Source: Bdellovibrionota bacterium (GTDB lineage: Bacteria; Bdellovibrionota_C; UBA2361; JAFLCA01). Taken from it: DNA of 64,000 nt. Numbering within the stretch: position 1 is the stretch's first letter; every line of letters starts with the position of its first letter. Positions 48,965 to 61,315 of this stretch are shown here, piece after piece. The notes under the pieces are model-generated. The model did not search any database. It worked only from the letters and a program-made list of their open reading frames with translations, and had not been told where the DNA came from. The position numbers and the translations under genes were made by a program. The DNA is taken from NCBI GenBank assembly GCA_041907145.1, contig JAYRHW010000132.1:431-64430 (forward strand). The letters run 5' to 3'.

Positions 48965-48971
48965 GCACTCT

Positions 48972-51350
48972 TTACCGGCTAAATTCCGCCTCTTTTCTTT
49001 GTCTTCCCGCGTAGCGCAGCTCCACTGTCCCGCTTCCTAGCACGTACAGGGGTACTTGAAGGCTGCCGTTGGCGGACATGAAGGGACCGTCTTCCTGAAC
49101 GGAAAGTTTGGCGCAATGTTTTCCATTGCAGTCCCAGCGGACCGCCGGATAGTGAGCCTGGATTTCATTGAATCCAAAATGCTGCGCTGCAGTCCTAAAA
49201 TTATATTGCACGCCGCCTTGGGAGCCCGGGCCGAAGCCCGCGAATTCGGCGCGGCACGAAACCCCCGTTTGCTGACATTCAACAGGCGGATTTTGCTCTG
49301 GGAAGGGGCCGCCAGAAATCAACTGCTGGCCCTCCGGATCTCCCCACACTATTTCGGGCGAAGGATCGACGCAAAGGTCGGGCTCGCTGCTGCTCCTTGC
49401 CTTGCGGCCGGTAGCCAGGGGCGGCTCGGCAGCAAAGTAAGCTTGTGCAGGAATTAGTTCGTGTTTGATGCCATCCTGGTGCAGAACTTCCTGCCAATTG
49501 CAGCCGGGTTTGAGATGCTCGCCAAAAAAGAGCGAGCTCTGGTTCAATGTCGTGCGAGTCATCGGGGTAACGTCGACGGACTGCTCATGCAGAGGGAACT
49601 CCGAGCAACTATACTCACCGGTGGGATTCCGTTTGATCTGGGCCGGATCGTTGGATCCGGTGTAATGGGGAACGTAGTCTTGTAAGTCACGGGAATATGC
49701 CAGGTGTGGATAGCTTCCAAGTTGGGAGCCGCTGGGCCAACTCGGCGCCTGGGAACAGGTCTCCTTTAGTTGGATAAGTGTTCCATCGCTCCCTGGGGCG
49801 ATTTCTTCATTCGGCACTACCGCATTAACGACGCTCCAGCGCGGCGATTGTGCAGGACCGGCCGCCGAGTCCTCGGGCGGGGGGCACGAAGACAGAGCTT
49901 CGGGCGAGCCGCGCAGTTTGCCGTCGGCGGATGGAGACTGCGGGACGCCGCGATTTGATGGCCCGATTGCCGCGCAGCTTCTTGACTCTACCACCGCAGC
50001 ACAGGAGGCAGTGTCGGCTTGAACCTCGTACGCCCGAGCGCAGAGTGCTATTCCTTGCGCAGTAAGTAGGTCATCAATTGTCCCGTGCCCGGGTGAGCAG
50101 GATGCGAGGAGGAGGGATGCTCCAAGCGTAGGCGATTCGGATTCATGAATATTTACCGTGGCATCGAGAATCTCGGCGGGGAGATTCTCGCCCAACTGAC
50201 AGCTTGAAGGAGCCGAGCAAGGGGAAAGGGGATTGAGGCAGGCAATAACCTTGGACTGATTAACTAGGTCGTCGGGATAGAAGATTCGCACCTGATGAGC
50301 CTGCCAGCCAACGGCCCCGGCAGTTCTTACGAGCGCAAAATGGATGCGATAACTCTGGCCGTACCTAAGGATGATGGGGGAGTAATCGTGGAGCTCTGAA
50401 TAGTCCGTTACTGAGTCCTGGTCGATGAATTCTATTGGCAGGCCCCGGATCACAAAGTTAGCAGAAGAGGACTCACCGGGCTGGCGACCAAGCTGCTGGG
50501 CTCCAAGCGAGCGCACGAGAACCCATTCCCCGTTGCTATTGCGGCGCTGAAGGTCTATCGATACGCCCCCAAGCGAGCCAACCGTGGTGTCTCCCTTGTC
50601 GCCTGTAATATGGACTGCCACTTGCACTTCGGAGGAAGAGGCGAAATTGGCATTAAAATTCGGAGTATGATTGGCGCCAATGGGATATTCCAGCAGTGAG
50701 GAGGTCAGGACTCTTTCGGATGGGGCAGGAATAGCGGAAAAGTAAAAATCGTCAGCCACGTCGTCAACTCCTCCTCCAGGCCCATCGCTCTGGAGCCGTA
50801 CGCTTGTAGCGGAGTAAACATGCGGGGCGTAACTCCCCTGCGGAACCGCCACTTGGTTGATCGACGCGCCGCGGTAGCGCAATGTAGGGTTCCTGGCGGA
50901 GTTTAGAATATAGGGGAAGGTCGCGGTTCGCAGCGTAAAGCGAGCAGTGCGATCAGCCGGATAGTATTTTTGGCGGATTCTCAGATTTGCCGTTGGCTGG
51001 TCGTATTCAACATTCCCGAGGACCGTGGCGGTAAAATTGCTGTAGCGATAGCGCGGCTGATCTATCCAACTCGTTACACCGCGAAAGTCGAATAGGTCGG
51101 TTAGGTACTCTGCGCTTCTATTAACGCGGTAGTAATTGAAGAGTCGAGGCCGAAGGTCAGGTTGGGTTGCGACGCATTTCCCATCACTGGTATATACGCA
51201 GCGAAGTGACGCAGTCACTCCCTCCTGCAGCGCTGAGTATCCTTGGAGCAGAGTATTTATATCGAATGCTCCTGCAACGATGAGGAGGAGCACTGGCAGC
51301 ACCATGGCTTGTTCAAGAACTGAGAATCCGCGCTGAGATGTCTTGATCAT
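48972..51350 (-). CDS. Large secreted protein with N-terminal TadE/TadG-like pilin-type domain
   Basis: N terminus MIKTSQRGFSVLEQAMVLPVLLLIVAGAFD matches the TadE-like domain consensus. GGAG RBS 7 nt upstream of this ATG. ~790 aa, Cys/Pro/Gly-rich. Confidence 0.4.
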   Translation of the reverse strand: MIKTSQRGFSVLEQAMVLPVLLLIVAGAFDINTLLQGYSALQEGVTASLRCVYTSDGKCVATQPDLRPRLFNYYRVNRSAEYLTDLFDFRGVTSWIDQPRYRYSNFTATVLGNVEYDQPTANLRIRQKYYPADRTARFTLRTATFPYILNSARNPTLRYRGASINQVAVPQGSYAPHVYSATSVRLQSDGPGGGVDDVADDFYFSAIPAPSERVLTSSLLEYPIGANHTPNFNANFASSSEVQVAVHITGDKGDTTVGSLGGVSIDLQRRNSNGEWVLVRSLGAQQLGRQPGESSSANFVIRGLPIEFIDQDSVTDYSELHDYSPIILRYGQSYRIHFALVRTAGAVGWQAHQVRIFYPDDLVNQSKVIACLNPLSPCSAPSSCQLGENLPAEILDATVNIHESESPTLGASLLLASCSPGHGTIDDLLTAQGIALCARAYEVQADTASCAAVVESRSCAAIGPSNRGVPQSPSADGKLRGSPEALSSCPPPEDSAAGPAQSPRWSVVNAVVPNEEIAPGSDGTLIQLKETCSQAPSWPSGSQLGSYPHLAYSRDLQDYVPHYTGSNDPAQIKRNPTGEYSCSEFPLHEQSVDVTPMTRTTLNQSSLFFGEHLKPGCNWQEVLHQDGIKHELIPAQAYFAAEPPLATGRKARSSSEPDLCVDPSPEIVWGDPEGQQLISGGPFPEQNPPVECQQTGVSCRAEFAGFGPGSQGGVQYNFRTAAQHFGFNEIQAHYPAVRWDCNGKHCAKLSVQEDGPFMSANGSLQVPLYVLGSGTVELRYAGRQRKEAEFSR

Positions 51351-51633
51351 ATAAGCTCCATGGAGAGAACTGACTCCGGAGAATCTAATCGATACATTTT
51401 CCAAAAAGTTTCTTTGCTACAGGGGCGTAAATTCGGAGGGACTGCAGGGTAACGGAGCAGACCGAGGTGTTCAAAGCAAAACTCCGACAAGTGCTTGAGT
51501 TTCCTTGAGTAATGACTGAAACAGACCTTTAGCGACTGTTTGAAGCCAATAGAAACTTTGGGGAATTATTGATTGCGCGGGGCAAGACAGCCTACTAAAC
51601 TTTCAACGATTCTTAGCTCTATCAGGCAGTTAC

Positions 51634-52383
51634 ATGAAAATTTTCGTTCCCATCAAGAAAGTCCCCGACTACCAAGCCAAGATTAAGGTGAAGGCTGACG
51701 GCTCGGGAATTGAGACTGACGGAATCAAGTGGATAGTGAACCCCTTCGACGAAATTGCCGTCGAGGAGGCGTTGCGCATCAAAGAGGCCGGAAAGGCGAC
51801 CGAGGTGGTCGTCATTGGTGTGGGCGACGAGGACTTTACGACGCAGCTTCGATACGGCATGGCCATGGGTGCCGATAGAGGTATTCTCGTACGGCATGAT
51901 GGTCCAATTGATTCTGATTTGGCTTCTCGTGCGCTAGCGGAAGTTTATAAGCGCGACCAGTACGGACTGATTGTCATGGGAAAGCAGTCTATCGATTCTG
52001 ATGCGAACCAAACCGCGCAGCTGCTGGCAGCCCGTCTTGCGCTGCCGCAGGCATGTTTTGCCTCCAAGGTCGTGCTGGAAGATGGCAAAGCTTTGGTCAC
52101 CCGAGAGGTAGATGGCGGCTTGGAGACCATTCGAGTGGCGACCCCCTGCGTTGTTTCCACTGATTTGCGGCTTAATGAGCCGCGTTACGCATCGCTTCCC
52201 GGAATTATGAAGGCCAAGAAGAAGCCGCTCGACACGATTGCCCTCGCTGATTTAGGCGTCGATGCTTCGGTAAAGGTCAAGGTACTTCGTCTCGCCCCGC
52301 CGGCTCAGCGAAAGGGTGGGAGAAAGGTCGCTGACGTGTCAGCGCTGGTATCTGCGCTGCAAACTGAGGCTAAAGTTCTCTAA
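51634..52383 (+). CDS. etfB: Electron transfer flavoprotein beta subunit
   Basis: MKIFVPIKKVPD...IVNPFDEIAVEEALRIKE. Confidence 0.85.
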   Translation: MKIFVPIKKVPDYQAKIKVKADGSGIETDGIKWIVNPFDEIAVEEALRIKEAGKATEVVVIGVGDEDFTTQLRYGMAMGADRGILVRHDGPIDSDLASRALAEVYKRDQYGLIVMGKQSIDSDANQTAQLLAARLALPQACFASKVVLEDGKALVTREVDGGLETIRVATPCVVSTDLRLNEPRYASLPGIMKAKKKPLDTIALADLGVDASVKVKVLRLAPPAQRKGGRKVADVSALVSALQTEAKVL

Positions 52384-52394
52384 AGGGTTCACCC

Positions 52395-53363
52395 ATGATT
52401 CTCGTATATCTTCAGCATAGCTCCCAAGGTATTCCTAAGGCTGCACTGAGCGCGGTTGCCGCTGCTCGAGAGCTGCAGTCCGCCTGGAAGAAGGCGGGGA
52501 TAAACGCCGTGTGCTTGGGCCCGGGGTCTGCGACCGCGGCTGAGCAGGCGCGGGCATTTGGATTCACCAAGGTGTTTTTTAGCGAGGCACCGATCCTCGA
52601 TAAGTATCTGGCCGTTCCTTATGCGCTAGCCCTGTCTGCGGCCCTTAAGGCCAGTGGAGCTGATACGTTAGTGATGGCGGCTACGAGTACCGGAAAGGAT
52701 GTAGCGCCTCGCGTAGCGGCTTCAATGGATGCTGCTCAAGCCTCCGATATCGTGGGAGTAAATGCCGACGGATCGCTGCGCCGACCAATGTACGCCGGGA
52801 ACGTTTTTGCGGACGTGGAGTTGGTATCCGCAAATCGCATCGTAACTGTACGTACGACTGCTTTCGCCCCTGCGATGCCGTCCTCCGCGTCGGGAGATAA
52901 GCAGGAGATCGCCGGTTCGTTCGAGAGTCCCCAGGCCGGGGAGGTCGTTTCTTACGAAATATCAGCTGGAGAGCGGCCTGAACTCGGAGACGCGGAAATT
53001 GTCGTGAGCGGCGGTCGAGCAATGCAGTCCGCCGAGAATTTTCAAAAATTTATATTCCCGTTAGCTGATGCCTTTGGAGCTGCCGTGGGAGCATCGAGGG
53101 CTGCAGTAGACTCCGGCTATGCTCCGAATGACTGGCAGGTCGGGCAAACGGGGAAAATCGTAGCGCCGAATTTGTATGTTGCTGTCGGGATTTCTGGCGC
53201 GATTCAGCATCTGGCCGGAATGAAGGATTCCAAAACTATCGTCGCCATCAATAAAGATCCTGACGCTCCGATTTTCGAGGTCGCCGACTTTGGTCTGGTG
53301 GCGGACTTGTATCATGCCGTTCCCGAGCTGACGGAGGCGGTAAAGAAGGTGCGGGCGCAGTAG
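52395..53363 (+). CDS. etfA: Electron transfer flavoprotein alpha subunit
   Basis: FAD-binding C-terminal region [35 protein letters not shown]. Confidence 0.85.
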   Translation: MILVYLQHSSQGIPKAALSAVAAARELQSAWKKAGINAVCLGPGSATAAEQARAFGFTKVFFSEAPILDKYLAVPYALALSAALKASGADTLVMAATSTGKDVAPRVAASMDAAQASDIVGVNADGSLRRPMYAGNVFADVELVSANRIVTVRTTAFAPAMPSSASGDKQEIAGSFESPQAGEVVSYEISAGERPELGDAEIVVSGGRAMQSAENFQKFIFPLADAFGAAVGASRAAVDSGYAPNDWQVGQTGKIVAPNLYVAVGISGAIQHLAGMKDSKTIVAINKDPDAPIFEVADFGLVADLYHAVPELTEAVKKVRAQ

Positions 53364-53366
53364 GGG

Positions 53367-53885
53367 ATGGGATCTAACGAACGTCGACATCGCCGAACAT
53401 TTGCTCAGGCCGCATTCCTGCTCGTCACTGCGGTGATTTGCTACTTTTGGTATCAGGCTACGCTCGAGGCGCGCTATGAAAGTCGGCATATCACCGCCAG
53501 GTTTGCCTCGGTGGACGGAAAGCCCATCGCTGAATTTAAGCTTGAATTGGCAGCGACGCCCGACCAGCGAGCCAAGGGGATGATGTTTCGACGCCGAGAT
53601 GAAGTGAAGGAGCGCGAAGGGATGCTCTTTGTATTTCCGGAGGACCGAGCGCAGCGCTTTTGGATGAAAAATACCTTTGTGCCGCTCGATATGATTTTTG
53701 TCGATAGAAAGTTTGAGGTGGTCGGCATCGTGCACAATGCTGTGCCTCTGTCTCTCGACGAGCGAGGCGTCGATACGCCGAGTCGTTACGTGGTCGAACT
53801 GTTGGGCGGCACGGCTCAGCGGGTAGGGCTCGTGGAGCATGCACGGGTGGTGTTCGATCCGCTTCCGCCGGAAGTATATCGCTAA
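53367..53885 (+). CDS. DUF192-family protein
   Basis: AKGMMFRR...EGMLFVF...MKNTFVPLDMIFVD pattern of DUF192 (COG1430). Confidence 0.5.
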   Translation: MGSNERRHRRTFAQAAFLLVTAVICYFWYQATLEARYESRHITARFASVDGKPIAEFKLELAATPDQRAKGMMFRRRDEVKEREGMLFVFPEDRAQRFWMKNTFVPLDMIFVDRKFEVVGIVHNAVPLSLDERGVDTPSRYVVELLGGTAQRVGLVEHARVVFDPLPPEVYR

Positions 53886-53945
53886 TGGAATACTCTGGAT
53901 TATCTTCACACTTAATGTCGTTATAACCATACGGAGGGAACTACT

Positions 53946-54449
53946 ATGAAAAGAGCACTTGGCCTTGCGTACATAGGTACCGTTACGCTTGTCGTTTGTG
54001 GGGCGCTTGTCGCTTCAATTCCGAATCTGGCGCGGGCGGACTGGGACCCTGTGCTTGAGGCGCAAGAGGAAGCCAAGCGTAAGGCTGCGGCTGATGCAGC
54101 AGCTAAGCAGCGCGCAGCGGCAGAAGCCCAGAAGCGCGCCTATACCTTGAAGACCCAGCGCGAGTATTTGGGGTCGCAGGGCGCGGGCCTGTCCGATTCT
54201 CAGCTGGAGGCTGCGTATAACAAGAAAGTTGCCGATGATCAGGCCAAGGGACTCGCAGCTCAGCGTGAAGGAATGGCGATGTATGCTGAAGGCCAAAAGA
54301 AGTGGGAAGCTAATCGCGATAAGACCAACGCCGCCATGAAAGATATGACCGGAAAGTCCGTAGACCAACTCATGAACATGTCGGAAAGCGAACTTGATGC
54401 CTTTGCTGCCGATATGGAAAAGAAGATGGGAGCGATGGCGGAGAAGTAG
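53946..54449 (+). CDS. Secreted coiled-coil protein, hypothetical
   Basis: Signal peptide, then Ala/Lys/Glu-rich helical sequence. Confidence 0.35.
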   Translation: MKRALGLAYIGTVTLVVCGALVASIPNLARADWDPVLEAQEEAKRKAAADAAAKQRAAAEAQKRAYTLKTQREYLGSQGAGLSDSQLEAAYNKKVADDQAKGLAAQREGMAMYAEGQKKWEANRDKTNAAMKDMTGKSVDQLMNMSESELDAFAADMEKKMGAMAEK

Positions 54450-54459
54450 TGGGCCGCTA

Positions 54460-54900
54460 TTACTGAAAGCTGATCAGGAGCTGGTGGTTGCCCACCTCCT
54501 GACCAGCTGTAATCAGCACTTCCTTCACTTTTCCCGCGCGCGGCGAAGCTACGTTGTTTTCCATTTTCATCGCTTCCATCACCAGGACGGTTTGCCCCAT
54601 TTCCACCGTGTCGCCGGGCTTCACAGTGACCGAGACGATGATTCCGGGCATGGGAGCGTATACAGCATCGGATTTCGCTGATTTAATCTGAGGGATCGCG
54701 GCCGGCGGTGGCATCGAGGGGGCGGCGACAGATCCTGTTCCTGGACTTATGGGCAGCGGAGCGATATCTACGTCGTAGCGCGTTCCGCTAAGAGCGAATG
54801 ATACCGAAGTGCCGCACTTATGCAGCAAGTCAGCCTGAAAAGTTTTGCCGTTGATGGTCAACTGGTAAAGCGCCATACAGATCCTATTTCCGCTGAGCAA
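54460..54900 (-). CDS. Biotin carboxyl carrier / biotin-requiring subunit of acyl-CoA carboxylase
   Basis: Biotinyl-lysine motif EAMKM within MPGIIVSV...GQTVLVMEAMKMENNVASP. Confidence 0.7.
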   Translation of the reverse strand: MLSGNRICMALYQLTINGKTFQADLLHKCGTSVSFALSGTRYDVDIAPLPISPGTGSVAAPSMPPPAAIPQIKSAKSDAVYAPMPGIIVSVTVKPGDTVEMGQTVLVMEAMKMENNVASPRAGKVKEVLITAGQEVGNHQLLISFQ

Positions 54901-55129
54901 TTGAGTCTAATTTGGCTTGCGCTGTCCAAGGAGACAATGGAGCAGCAACCGTGTCCGAGACCAAGCTAAAGAGCGCCAGCGCAACAGCGGCAAGTTCTTC
55001 GGCGCTCGGCTGCCCTAGTTGTTGCTCATAAAGGTCCCAGGCCGGGACGAATGGAACCTCCCCCATGCGAAAGCCAGGAGACGTCGATGGTCTGGTTTCG
55101 CGAGCAATAGCCGAACGAATAATCGCCAT
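54884..55129 (-). CDS. Small acyl-CoA carboxylase epsilon-like subunit (tentative)
   Basis: 81-aa ORF between the carboxyltransferase and biotin-carrier genes. SAEELAAVALALFSL resembles ACC epsilon subunits. Confidence 0.3.
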   Translation of the reverse strand: MAIIRSAIARETRPSTSPGFRMGEVPFVPAWDLYEQQLGQPSAEELAAVALALFSLVSDTVAAPLSPWTAQAKLDSIAQRK

Positions 55130-55132
55130 ACG

Positions 55133-56683
55133 TCACAGAGGAATGTTGCCGTGCTTCTTTTTGGGGTTTACTTGCCGCTTGCCTTGCAGCACGGAAAGAC
55201 ATTCGATGACCTTCGCACGAGTATCGCGCGGTTGAATTACGCCATCGATAAATCCGAGTTCAGCCACTTCCCAGGGGTTGGCGAATTTTTCTCGATATTC
55301 CTTGATCAGGCGAGCGCGAACCTCCGGCAGGTTTCCGCGTCTCTCCGCCTCTTCAACTTCACGGCGGAAGATAATATTGACCGCCCCCTCCGGTCCCATC
55401 ACGGCTACTTCGGCTGTGGGAAAAGCGAAATTGAAATCTGCGCGGATATGCTTGGAAGCCATGACATCATAAGCTCCGCCGTAAGCTTTGCGAGTGATTA
55501 TCGTTATCTTTGGCACGGTAGCCTCTGCGAAGGCATAGAGAAGCTTTGCGCCGTGGCGAATGATACCACCATGCTCCTGCTGTAGGCCCGGCAGGAATCC
55601 GGGAACATCGACTAAAGTCAGCAGAGGAATATTGAATGCGTCGCAAAATCTTACGAACCGAGCCGCTTTGATACTGGCGTTGATATCGAGGCAGCCCGCC
55701 AATACTGACGGTTGATTGGCGACGATTCCCACGCTCTGACCATCGAATCGCGCGAATCCGACGATGATATTCTGAGCAAAGAAGGGTTGAATCTCCATGA
55801 AATCGGAGCTATCCACAACGGAGCGAATGACAGAATGCATGTCGTAAGGCTGATTCGGAGATTCGGGGACGGTGGAATCCAATTCCGGAGAAGTTCGACC
55901 CGGCAAGTCGCCCGTGTTGACTCGCGGCGTAGGATCGATGTTGTTTTGCGGCAGGAAGCTCAAGAGCCGCTTGCAGGCAGCGATGCAGTCTTGATCCGAT
56001 TTTGTCAGCAGGTGGGCGACTCCGCTCACTGAATTATGGGTCATCGCGCCGCCGAGATCCTCCTTGGAAACATCCTCGCGAGTCACGGTCTTGATTACAT
56101 CGGGGCCCGTGATGAACATGTGGCTGTTGTGGTCCACCATCAGGGTGAAATCTGTAATTGCAGGAGAGTAGACGGCGCCCCCGGCGCAGGGGCCCATAAT
56201 CAAGGAAATCTGGGGAATGACTCCTGAAACAAGTGTATTGCGTAGAAAGATGTCGGCGTACCCACCCAGACTTTCTACTCCCTCCTGAATACGGGCGCCG
56301 CCTGAATCATTGAGTCCGACGATTGGGCAGCCGGTACTGAGCGCTAGGTCCATCACCTTTACGATCTTCTTGGCATGATAGGCGGCCAACGAACCGCCAA
56401 AAACGGTAAAATCTTGAGCGAATGCAAAAGTGCTTCGCCCATTGATTTTGCCGGAGCCAACTACGACGCCGTCGCCGTAGATGCGCTTCTCGCCGAGTCC
56501 GAAATTCTGGGACCGATGGGTTACGAGCTTGTCTATTTCGAGGAAAGTGCCGGAATCGAAGAGGGAGAGAAGTCTTTCACGCGCCGTTAGTTTTCCGGCG
56601 GCATGCTGCTTTTCGATTCGATCGGCTCCGCCGCCCAATTCGGCGAGCTCATTTCGGCGTGTCAGTTCATCCAAGGCGCTCAT
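55133..56683 (-). CDS. Propionyl-CoA / methylmalonyl-CoA carboxyltransferase (acyl-CoA carboxylase beta subunit)
   Basis: 516 aa, two carboxyltransferase half-domains. Motifs GGARIQEG..., AYGGAYDVM. Confidence 0.8.
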   Translation of the reverse strand: MSALDELTRRNELAELGGGADRIEKQHAAGKLTARERLLSLFDSGTFLEIDKLVTHRSQNFGLGEKRIYGDGVVVGSGKINGRSTFAFAQDFTVFGGSLAAYHAKKIVKVMDLALSTGCPIVGLNDSGGARIQEGVESLGGYADIFLRNTLVSGVIPQISLIMGPCAGGAVYSPAITDFTLMVDHNSHMFITGPDVIKTVTREDVSKEDLGGAMTHNSVSGVAHLLTKSDQDCIAACKRLLSFLPQNNIDPTPRVNTGDLPGRTSPELDSTVPESPNQPYDMHSVIRSVVDSSDFMEIQPFFAQNIIVGFARFDGQSVGIVANQPSVLAGCLDINASIKAARFVRFCDAFNIPLLTLVDVPGFLPGLQQEHGGIIRHGAKLLYAFAEATVPKITIITRKAYGGAYDVMASKHIRADFNFAFPTAEVAVMGPEGAVNIIFRREVEEAERRGNLPEVRARLIKEYREKFANPWEVAELGFIDGVIQPRDTRAKVIECLSVLQGKRQVNPKKKHGNIPL

Positions 56684-56934
56684 GAGCGCTGAGATTAAGC
56701 TTGGGAACGAGGGGTGTCAATTGCAGAGCTAGCATCCGCATCCTCGGGCACAAGAGGGGGCGGTTTTGGTAGCGCGCCCTGGCGCCTGCTGTGGTGAATA
56801 TTCCCCGTCCCGGAGGAGCTACAGGTCAAGCTCAAAGAAGCCGAGGATCGCCGAGAGGAATTTAAAGCCCCTTCCAGGTTTTGTAGTGCCGTAGTAGGTG
56901 AATAGCAGCGATTGCTGTTTTGTAGTACGAGGGT

Positions 56935-58545
<1,611 letters not shown>

Positions 58546-58727
58546 TCGCCTATTGCCTGAATAGCTTGCAGGTAGGTAGGCTTTTCTGCGCTACCTGGTT
58601 AATTCTTTTCAGCTTTATTTAAAGAACTAGATTTAGTACACTGCCGCGTTCTTTAGGGACGCCTCGTTCCCAGGGGTTGTACATACTAGGCACCTGCGGC
58701 GAGTGGTCAGATAGGAGTGATCGGACA

Positions 58728-59156
58728 ATGGCGATGAAGAAGAAAGATTTGGATACCTTCAAAAAGATTCTGCTCGAGGAAAAGAAAAAGATCCTCAATC
58801 ATTTGCAAAATCTGAGCGACACGCAGGACGAAGAAGAGATTACGCCATCCGGTGACTCGGTCGACATCGCCTCATTGGAAATCAATCAAGCCAACTTGAC
58901 CAAGATCGGCAAGCGCGAAACCTATCTTCTGAAGAAGATCGATCTGGCTCTCGAAAAAATCGAAAATGGCACTTACGGTGAATGTGAATCTTGCGGTGAA
59001 CAGATCGCGGTTGCTCGCTTGATGGCTCGCCCTGTTGCCCAGCTCTGCATTGATTGCAAGACCGAGCAGGAAAATACCGAGCGCAAATTTTCGACCCGTA
59101 CCGAGGAAGAAGAGGACGAAGATTCTATTGGCGAGGACAGCGAGGAGGTCGAGTAG
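58728..59156 (+). CDS. dksA: RNA polymerase-binding transcription factor, DksA/TraR family
   Basis: C4 zinc finger CESCGEQI...CIDCK. Acidic coiled-coil N terminus. AGGAG RBS upstream of ATG 58728. Confidence 0.8.
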   Translation: MAMKKKDLDTFKKILLEEKKKILNHLQNLSDTQDEEEITPSGDSVDIASLEINQANLTKIGKRETYLLKKIDLALEKIENGTYGECESCGEQIAVARLMARPVAQLCIDCKTEQENTERKFSTRTEEEEDEDSIGEDSEEVE

Positions 59157-59196
59157 CACGACTCTCGATAATTGCCGCGTCCCTACGAGCTCAAGT

Positions 59197-60027
59197 TCAG
59201 TCGGCGGCTCTCAGTAGGTTCTGCAGCTCAAGGAAAAGCGCCGGAGCTGCGACGATAAAGTTCTCCCCGTTCCAGTCGCTCGGCCATGTCGATGTGGTTG
59301 CTCGCGACTGAGCGGCAAGGTGGCCGGTGCGAGCGCCAGCCTCGCGTGCGATGAGACCGCCGGCCGCGATATCCCAGGGCTTTACTGATTCCCAATATCC
59401 ATCCAGTTTCCCGCCTGCAACGTAGCAGACGTCGATCGCTGCAGCGCCAAAACGTCGAATATCGCGGCAATGCGAAAGCACCGCTCTTGTTTGCGCGATC
59501 ATGGTGTCCACTTCGGTACGCCAGCCGGGAAAGCCGGTGGCCAGTATCGCTTGTGAAAGATTCGTTGTCGCGCGGGGCTTGATCGAAGAGCCATTGCAAT
59601 ATGCCCCGCCCCCGAGTGTTGCCGTGAAGGTGGATTTTAGAAACGGACAGTGTACTACCGCTGCCTGCACTCGTCCGGCATGGGCGTATGCGATCGAGAC
59701 TGCCGAGTGATCGAGTCCGTAGGCATAGTTCGCGGTGCCGTCGATTGGATCTATTATCCAAAGCGACTCGTTCGGATTCGCATTCCCAGGGTCTGGATGG
59801 GATTCCTCTGTAAGGAGGCCATGATCCGGATAGCGGCTCTTGATATGGCCGATAATGATCGCTTCGGCCTGCAGATCCGCGTTGGTAACGACGTCCTTCT
59901 CGGACTTGAAGGAAATATCGACTCCACCTTTTCGGCGCAGTGCGTCTATTCGGTCTCCTGCCTCCAGCGCGGCTTGCAGCGCAAGATTTAGAAATTCAGA
60001 GCGGTTTGCTGCGGTAAGAGTTGTCAT
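59197..60027 (-). CDS. suhB: Inositol monophosphatase family protein
   Basis: WIIDPIDGTANY and GGKLDGYWE motifs. Confidence 0.8.
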   Translation of the reverse strand: MTTLTAANRSEFLNLALQAALEAGDRIDALRRKGGVDISFKSEKDVVTNADLQAEAIIIGHIKSRYPDHGLLTEESHPDPGNANPNESLWIIDPIDGTANYAYGLDHSAVSIAYAHAGRVQAAVVHCPFLKSTFTATLGGGAYCNGSSIKPRATTNLSQAILATGFPGWRTEVDTMIAQTRAVLSHCRDIRRFGAAAIDVCYVAGGKLDGYWESVKPWDIAAGGLIAREAGARTGHLAAQSRATTSTWPSDWNGENFIVAAPALFLELQNLLRAAD

Positions 60028-60105
60028 GGCTGCATTAGGATTGTAGTTTGTTCATCGGAATTATTCCACAAAAGGCGACCATGTTCGAGGGGCTTACCCG
60101 GCACC

Positions 60106-61071
60106 ATGACTTCGCATAGTAGGCGCATAGACAATCTCGAGGGTCGGAGCTTCTCGGCCAGCGCACCTGCCAAGCTTAATCTGCGGTTGAAAATAATCGG
60201 GCGTAGAGCTGACGGGTATCATCTTCTTAGCATGCTCAATGTGGGGACCGACTTGGAGGACGGTGTTGCGCTGCGCTTCCAGGCGTCGGGCCAGTCTACC
60301 GTGAGTATCCACGGGGGCAGAGAGGATTTAGGTCTGCTCGATGCCCGTCGTAATTTAGCCTGCCGTGCGGCTGACGATTTGATGAGAAGATCGGGAGGCA
60401 AACTCAGCGTTCATGTGGAGCTGAGCAAGCTTATTCCCTTGGGGGCTGGACTCGGTGGGGGCAGCTCCGATGCCGCGTGCGTGCTTAGGCTTGTGCAGTC
60501 AGCCTTTGCCGAAGTCGGAGTAAGGGTTGACGATGATGCGCTATTTTCGGCGGCAGAGAGTCTCGGCGCTGACGTAGCTTATTTCTTACGCGGTGGCTTA
60601 GCCCGTGTTTCCGGCGTCGGTGAGTGTATCTCGCAGGCGCAGTGTCCTTGTCCGCGCGAACTTCGAGCACTGCTCTTTTTGCCTGCGCAGGGAATTTCGA
60701 CTCCAGCCCTTTACTCTGAGTATCGTAAACAGATTCCTGACATTTTTCCTCAGGAAGATACTGCTTTAGTGAATTGGGATGATAAGCAAATCGACCCACG
60801 GCCTTGGTATGAACAATTGCTGACTCTGGTGGACAATGATTTTGAACGTGTGCTTCGACAGTTTAGTCCTTCAGTGTGGTCAGCGCTGCACCTTGTTCGA
60901 AGGCAGGGGACTCTCATAGCCGGTCTGACCGGGAGCGGAAGTGCGTTTTTTGCCCTCCCTCGTCACTTAGGAGCAGAAATCAGCGGAGTTAGGAGCGAGC
61001 TTGAAGTCGAGCTTAGGGCGTCGGGGGTTGCCGTCCGGGAGATAGCGCTCAGAACGAGTCCAACATATTGA
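60106..61071 (+). CDS. ispE: 4-diphosphocytidyl-2-C-methyl-D-erythritol kinase
   Basis: GHMP kinase motifs APAKLNL, PLGAGLGGGSSDAA. Confidence 0.8.
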   Translation: MTSHSRRIDNLEGRSFSASAPAKLNLRLKIIGRRADGYHLLSMLNVGTDLEDGVALRFQASGQSTVSIHGGREDLGLLDARRNLACRAADDLMRRSGGKLSVHVELSKLIPLGAGLGGGSSDAACVLRLVQSAFAEVGVRVDDDALFSAAESLGADVAYFLRGGLARVSGVGECISQAQCPCPRELRALLFLPAQGISTPALYSEYRKQIPDIFPQEDTALVNWDDKQIDPRPWYEQLLTLVDNDFERVLRQFSPSVWSALHLVRRQGTLIAGLTGSGSAFFALPRHLGAEISGVRSELEVELRASGVAVREIALRTSPTY

Positions 61072-61107
61072 TTTATCGTAAATATCTCGGTAGCTTGAGG
61101 GCGTTAT

Positions 61108-61179
61108 TGGCCGGTCGCCAAGCGGTAAGGCACCGGGTTTTGATCCCGGCATACGTAGGTTCGAATCCTACCCGGCCAA
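61108..61179 (+). tRNA. tRNA-Gln (anticodon TTG)
   Basis: Cloverleaf: acceptor TGGCCGG/CCGGCCA, D-arm GCC-AAGCGGTAA-GGC, anticodon stem CCGGG/CCCGG with loop TTTTGAT, T-arm GTAGG-TTCGAAT-CCTAC. Discriminator A, no encoded CCA. D-loop/anticodon region near-identical to proteobacterial tRNA-Gln. Confidence 0.8.
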
Positions 61180-61315
61180 CGTCGAATCTAGATTGGGCAT
61201 AGGTTTTAGCTCTGGCTCGTTGTTCGCCAGGAGTAGCTTCAACTCGATTCGCTCATAACATGGGTACAGATGACTGTTGGCGTTTTGGCAGTCATCGCTT
61301 CTTGAAGGCTGCACC

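Noticed and set aside
61081-61260. Possible second tRNA or integration site next to tRNA-Gln
   Set aside because: Only one cloverleaf (61108-61179) folds. The flanking sequence lacks a second acceptor/T-arm pair, and no integrase is nearby. ispE-tRNA-Gln-prs-rplY-pth is a widely conserved arrangement.
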